From NCBI GenBank assembly GCA_030141605.1, contig JAQGDQ010000026.1, positions 124,001 to 188,000 on the forward strand: DNA of 64,000 bases, given 5' to 3'. The notes beneath the pieces were generated by a model. That model was not told the DNA's origin and did not search any database. It was given only the letters and a program-made list of their open reading frames with translations. Shown here one piece after another: positions 62,292 through 64,000 of the stretch; positions within the stretch are counted from its first letter, which is position 1; each line of letters begins with the position of its first letter. The stretch comes from Tubiluchus corallicola (lineage: Eukaryota > Animalia > Priapulida). A program made the translations under genes and the position numbers.

Positions 62292-63527
62292 CAGTCTAGC
62301 CTCGTTATCTCGCCACTATCTGTCTAGGGCAAATTTTTGGCGAGAGCCGAGTATGGGAATATAGTCGAGATAACGGGAATATAAAGAAGTTAGTCTATAT
62401 GTATATACATAATAGTTGATTAACATAGTGTTCCTTTATGTACATATAAAATATATTTCGCATTATGATACCAATCATCATTAAATCAGAAATGAAAAAA
62501 ATGTCATAAAAATAATCTTAGAATGTTACTTTTTTATTTAAAAAACCTTTTTTGAGTATACACTTAAATGCAATAAACTTTTAGAAAGATTTTTTGCAAA
62601 AGATTTAGAAATGTTCACAAATGAGTTACTGACGACTGAAATAATTCAGATGAGACGACTGTTTCATTGATGATACAGGCAAGCAGTCATAATGACGTTC
62701 ACTCAGCTCAAAATTTTTTATTACACGTGCTGCCTGTTCTCTGCCCCTATCAAGAACGTCTGAATCTACACCAGCACTTTCACCGCAGATGTTCTTGCTT
62801 CCAATTCCACACCTCAACTTGAAACGTTGCAGCCATCCGTTAGAGTACAGGAAGTCGGTTATGCCCAGTTCATTTCCAAAGTGCTTGGCCTTTTCGCGCA
62901 AAACAGCATCAGTGATGACCACATTTTGTGATCGTGCATTCGTGAACCATAGCTGAAGTGCCATGTCCAGATTGGAATGCTGTCCACGTCGCAATTTCGT
63001 TGAGCCTCTGTGACCATGATTTTGCATCCATTTTTCTTTACTCGCTATTATATCTCCTACACTTCTCCGGCTAACAGTGTCACCAAATTTCGCACTAAAT
63101 ACAATAGCAATTTCCTGCTGTGTCTTTGAAGAATTATTCGTATGACAAATACAAATTTCCTTTTTTTGTTCAGGATTAAGACAAAACAGTTTTCGCTTCA
63201 GAGACATCATGTAAAGTTGCTCACACTTTGAGGAAAAGTGCTTTAGTTTCTCTGCGCATTAACCAACCACAGCACTCCTAATGTAATCCTACAAGCAGCA
63301 TTCTCTACATACAGCGGTTATATTGATCGACACGCGGTATATGTATTGATCGATTCACCTCTGAGTTTGTCTGTTTGGTGACATAACGAATATAGTTTAC
63401 ATAAGCACCATCCTAGCATGACGTGGCGAGGGTGGGACACCTAACGAGGTAAATATCAAAGCAGGATATCCGTCCTGGTACTTTCTATGGCGAGAGATGA
63501 GTTTGGCGGCATAACGAGGCTAGACTG
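62292..63527 (-). mobile_element. Tigger/pogo DNA transposon, internally deleted
   Basis: 24-bp TIR CAGTCTAGCCTCGTTAT(CT/GC)CGCCA with TA TSDs at 62290-62291 and 63528-63529; it contains ORF 62626-63210. Confidence 0.95.
62626..63210 (-). CDS. Truncated Tigger/pogo transposase (CENP-B-type HTH domains only, no DDE), 194 aa
   Basis: LNPEQKKEIC..TQQEIA (HTH-psq/CENP-B N-terminal) and LDMALQLWF..ITDAVLREKA..YSNGWLQRFKLR..GES (CENP-B HTH) are present. The catalytic DETG-containing domain is missing. Confidence 0.8.
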   Translation of the reverse strand: MMSLKRKLFCLNPEQKKEICICHTNNSSKTQQEIAIVFSAKFGDTVSRRSVGDIIASKEKWMQNHGHRGSTKLRRGQHSNLDMALQLWFTNARSQNVVITDAVLREKAKHFGNELGITDFLYSNGWLQRFKLRCGIGSKNICGESAGVDSDVLDRGREQAARVIKNFELSERHYDCLPVSSMKQSSHLNYFSRQ

Positions 63528-64000
63528 TACATTAATTGGAGAAGGAGAGCAGTAAGTGTTAATTCTGTTTCTATGCCAACCCTGGGACAGTTGTCATTTT
63601 TTAAGTTTGTAATGGGGTACAAATTTTAAACTTGTCATGGGAAATTACTTATTTCACAAAAACTGCTGTTTAAAATGAAATTTCTTTGCAATAGCAAAAA
63701 AGAGCGTCATATGTTTGGTAAGAATGCATCAAAATCTCAGTTTTGATAAAACCGTACTTCAGTTGCACAGCAGAATAGTTAAAATAGTTATGATTATAAT
63801 GAACCGAAAAAGGAAATAAAAGCATTACTCGTTGGCTACTGCTTTAAATTGTTTACTTACACAGTTTTCACACTGGAGTAAACTATCATCAGATCTAACA
63901 AATTTTATGTCAACTAGTGACTAATAATTATTGTTATTCTTGAGTGCTGTCTTGTAATCTAGCTAGCTACAACATTATGTATATTTACATATAATGTAGC

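Overview
AT-rich, intron-rich animal (invertebrate) nuclear DNA, not prokaryotic; the exact taxon cannot be determined from the sequence. I assembled four spliced protein-coding genes by hand with consistent GT-AG junctions and reading phase. These are JKAMP (+, 10268-14091, 326 aa); a 461-aa LRR protein with an N-terminal transmembrane anchor and an LRRC58-like BC-box/Cys-rich C-terminus (-, 17842-30285); a 136-aa PH-only protein ending in a CaaX box (+, 38460-39338); and the AMPK beta subunit (+, 51343-57430, 282 aa). The rest is a dense set of transposons: a near-complete but frameshifted RTE LINE nested in a TGT...ACA MITE, three copies of that Ginger-like MITE, three Tigger-like MITEs, an internally deleted Tigger/pogo element, a Kolobok-like element with a THAP relic, hAT MITEs, CR1/L2/RTE fragments, two LINE tails in a (GA)n tract, a foldback-like minisatellite element and a CCA-bearing tRNA-Ser half. 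The best leads are the membrane-anchored LRRC58-like putative cullin adaptor, the prenylated PH-only protein, a possibly (TC)n-targeting LINE family and a promoter-associated Ginger-like MITE family. No single multi-gene novel system can be demonstrated from this window alone. All family assignments are from recalled motifs, not database searches.
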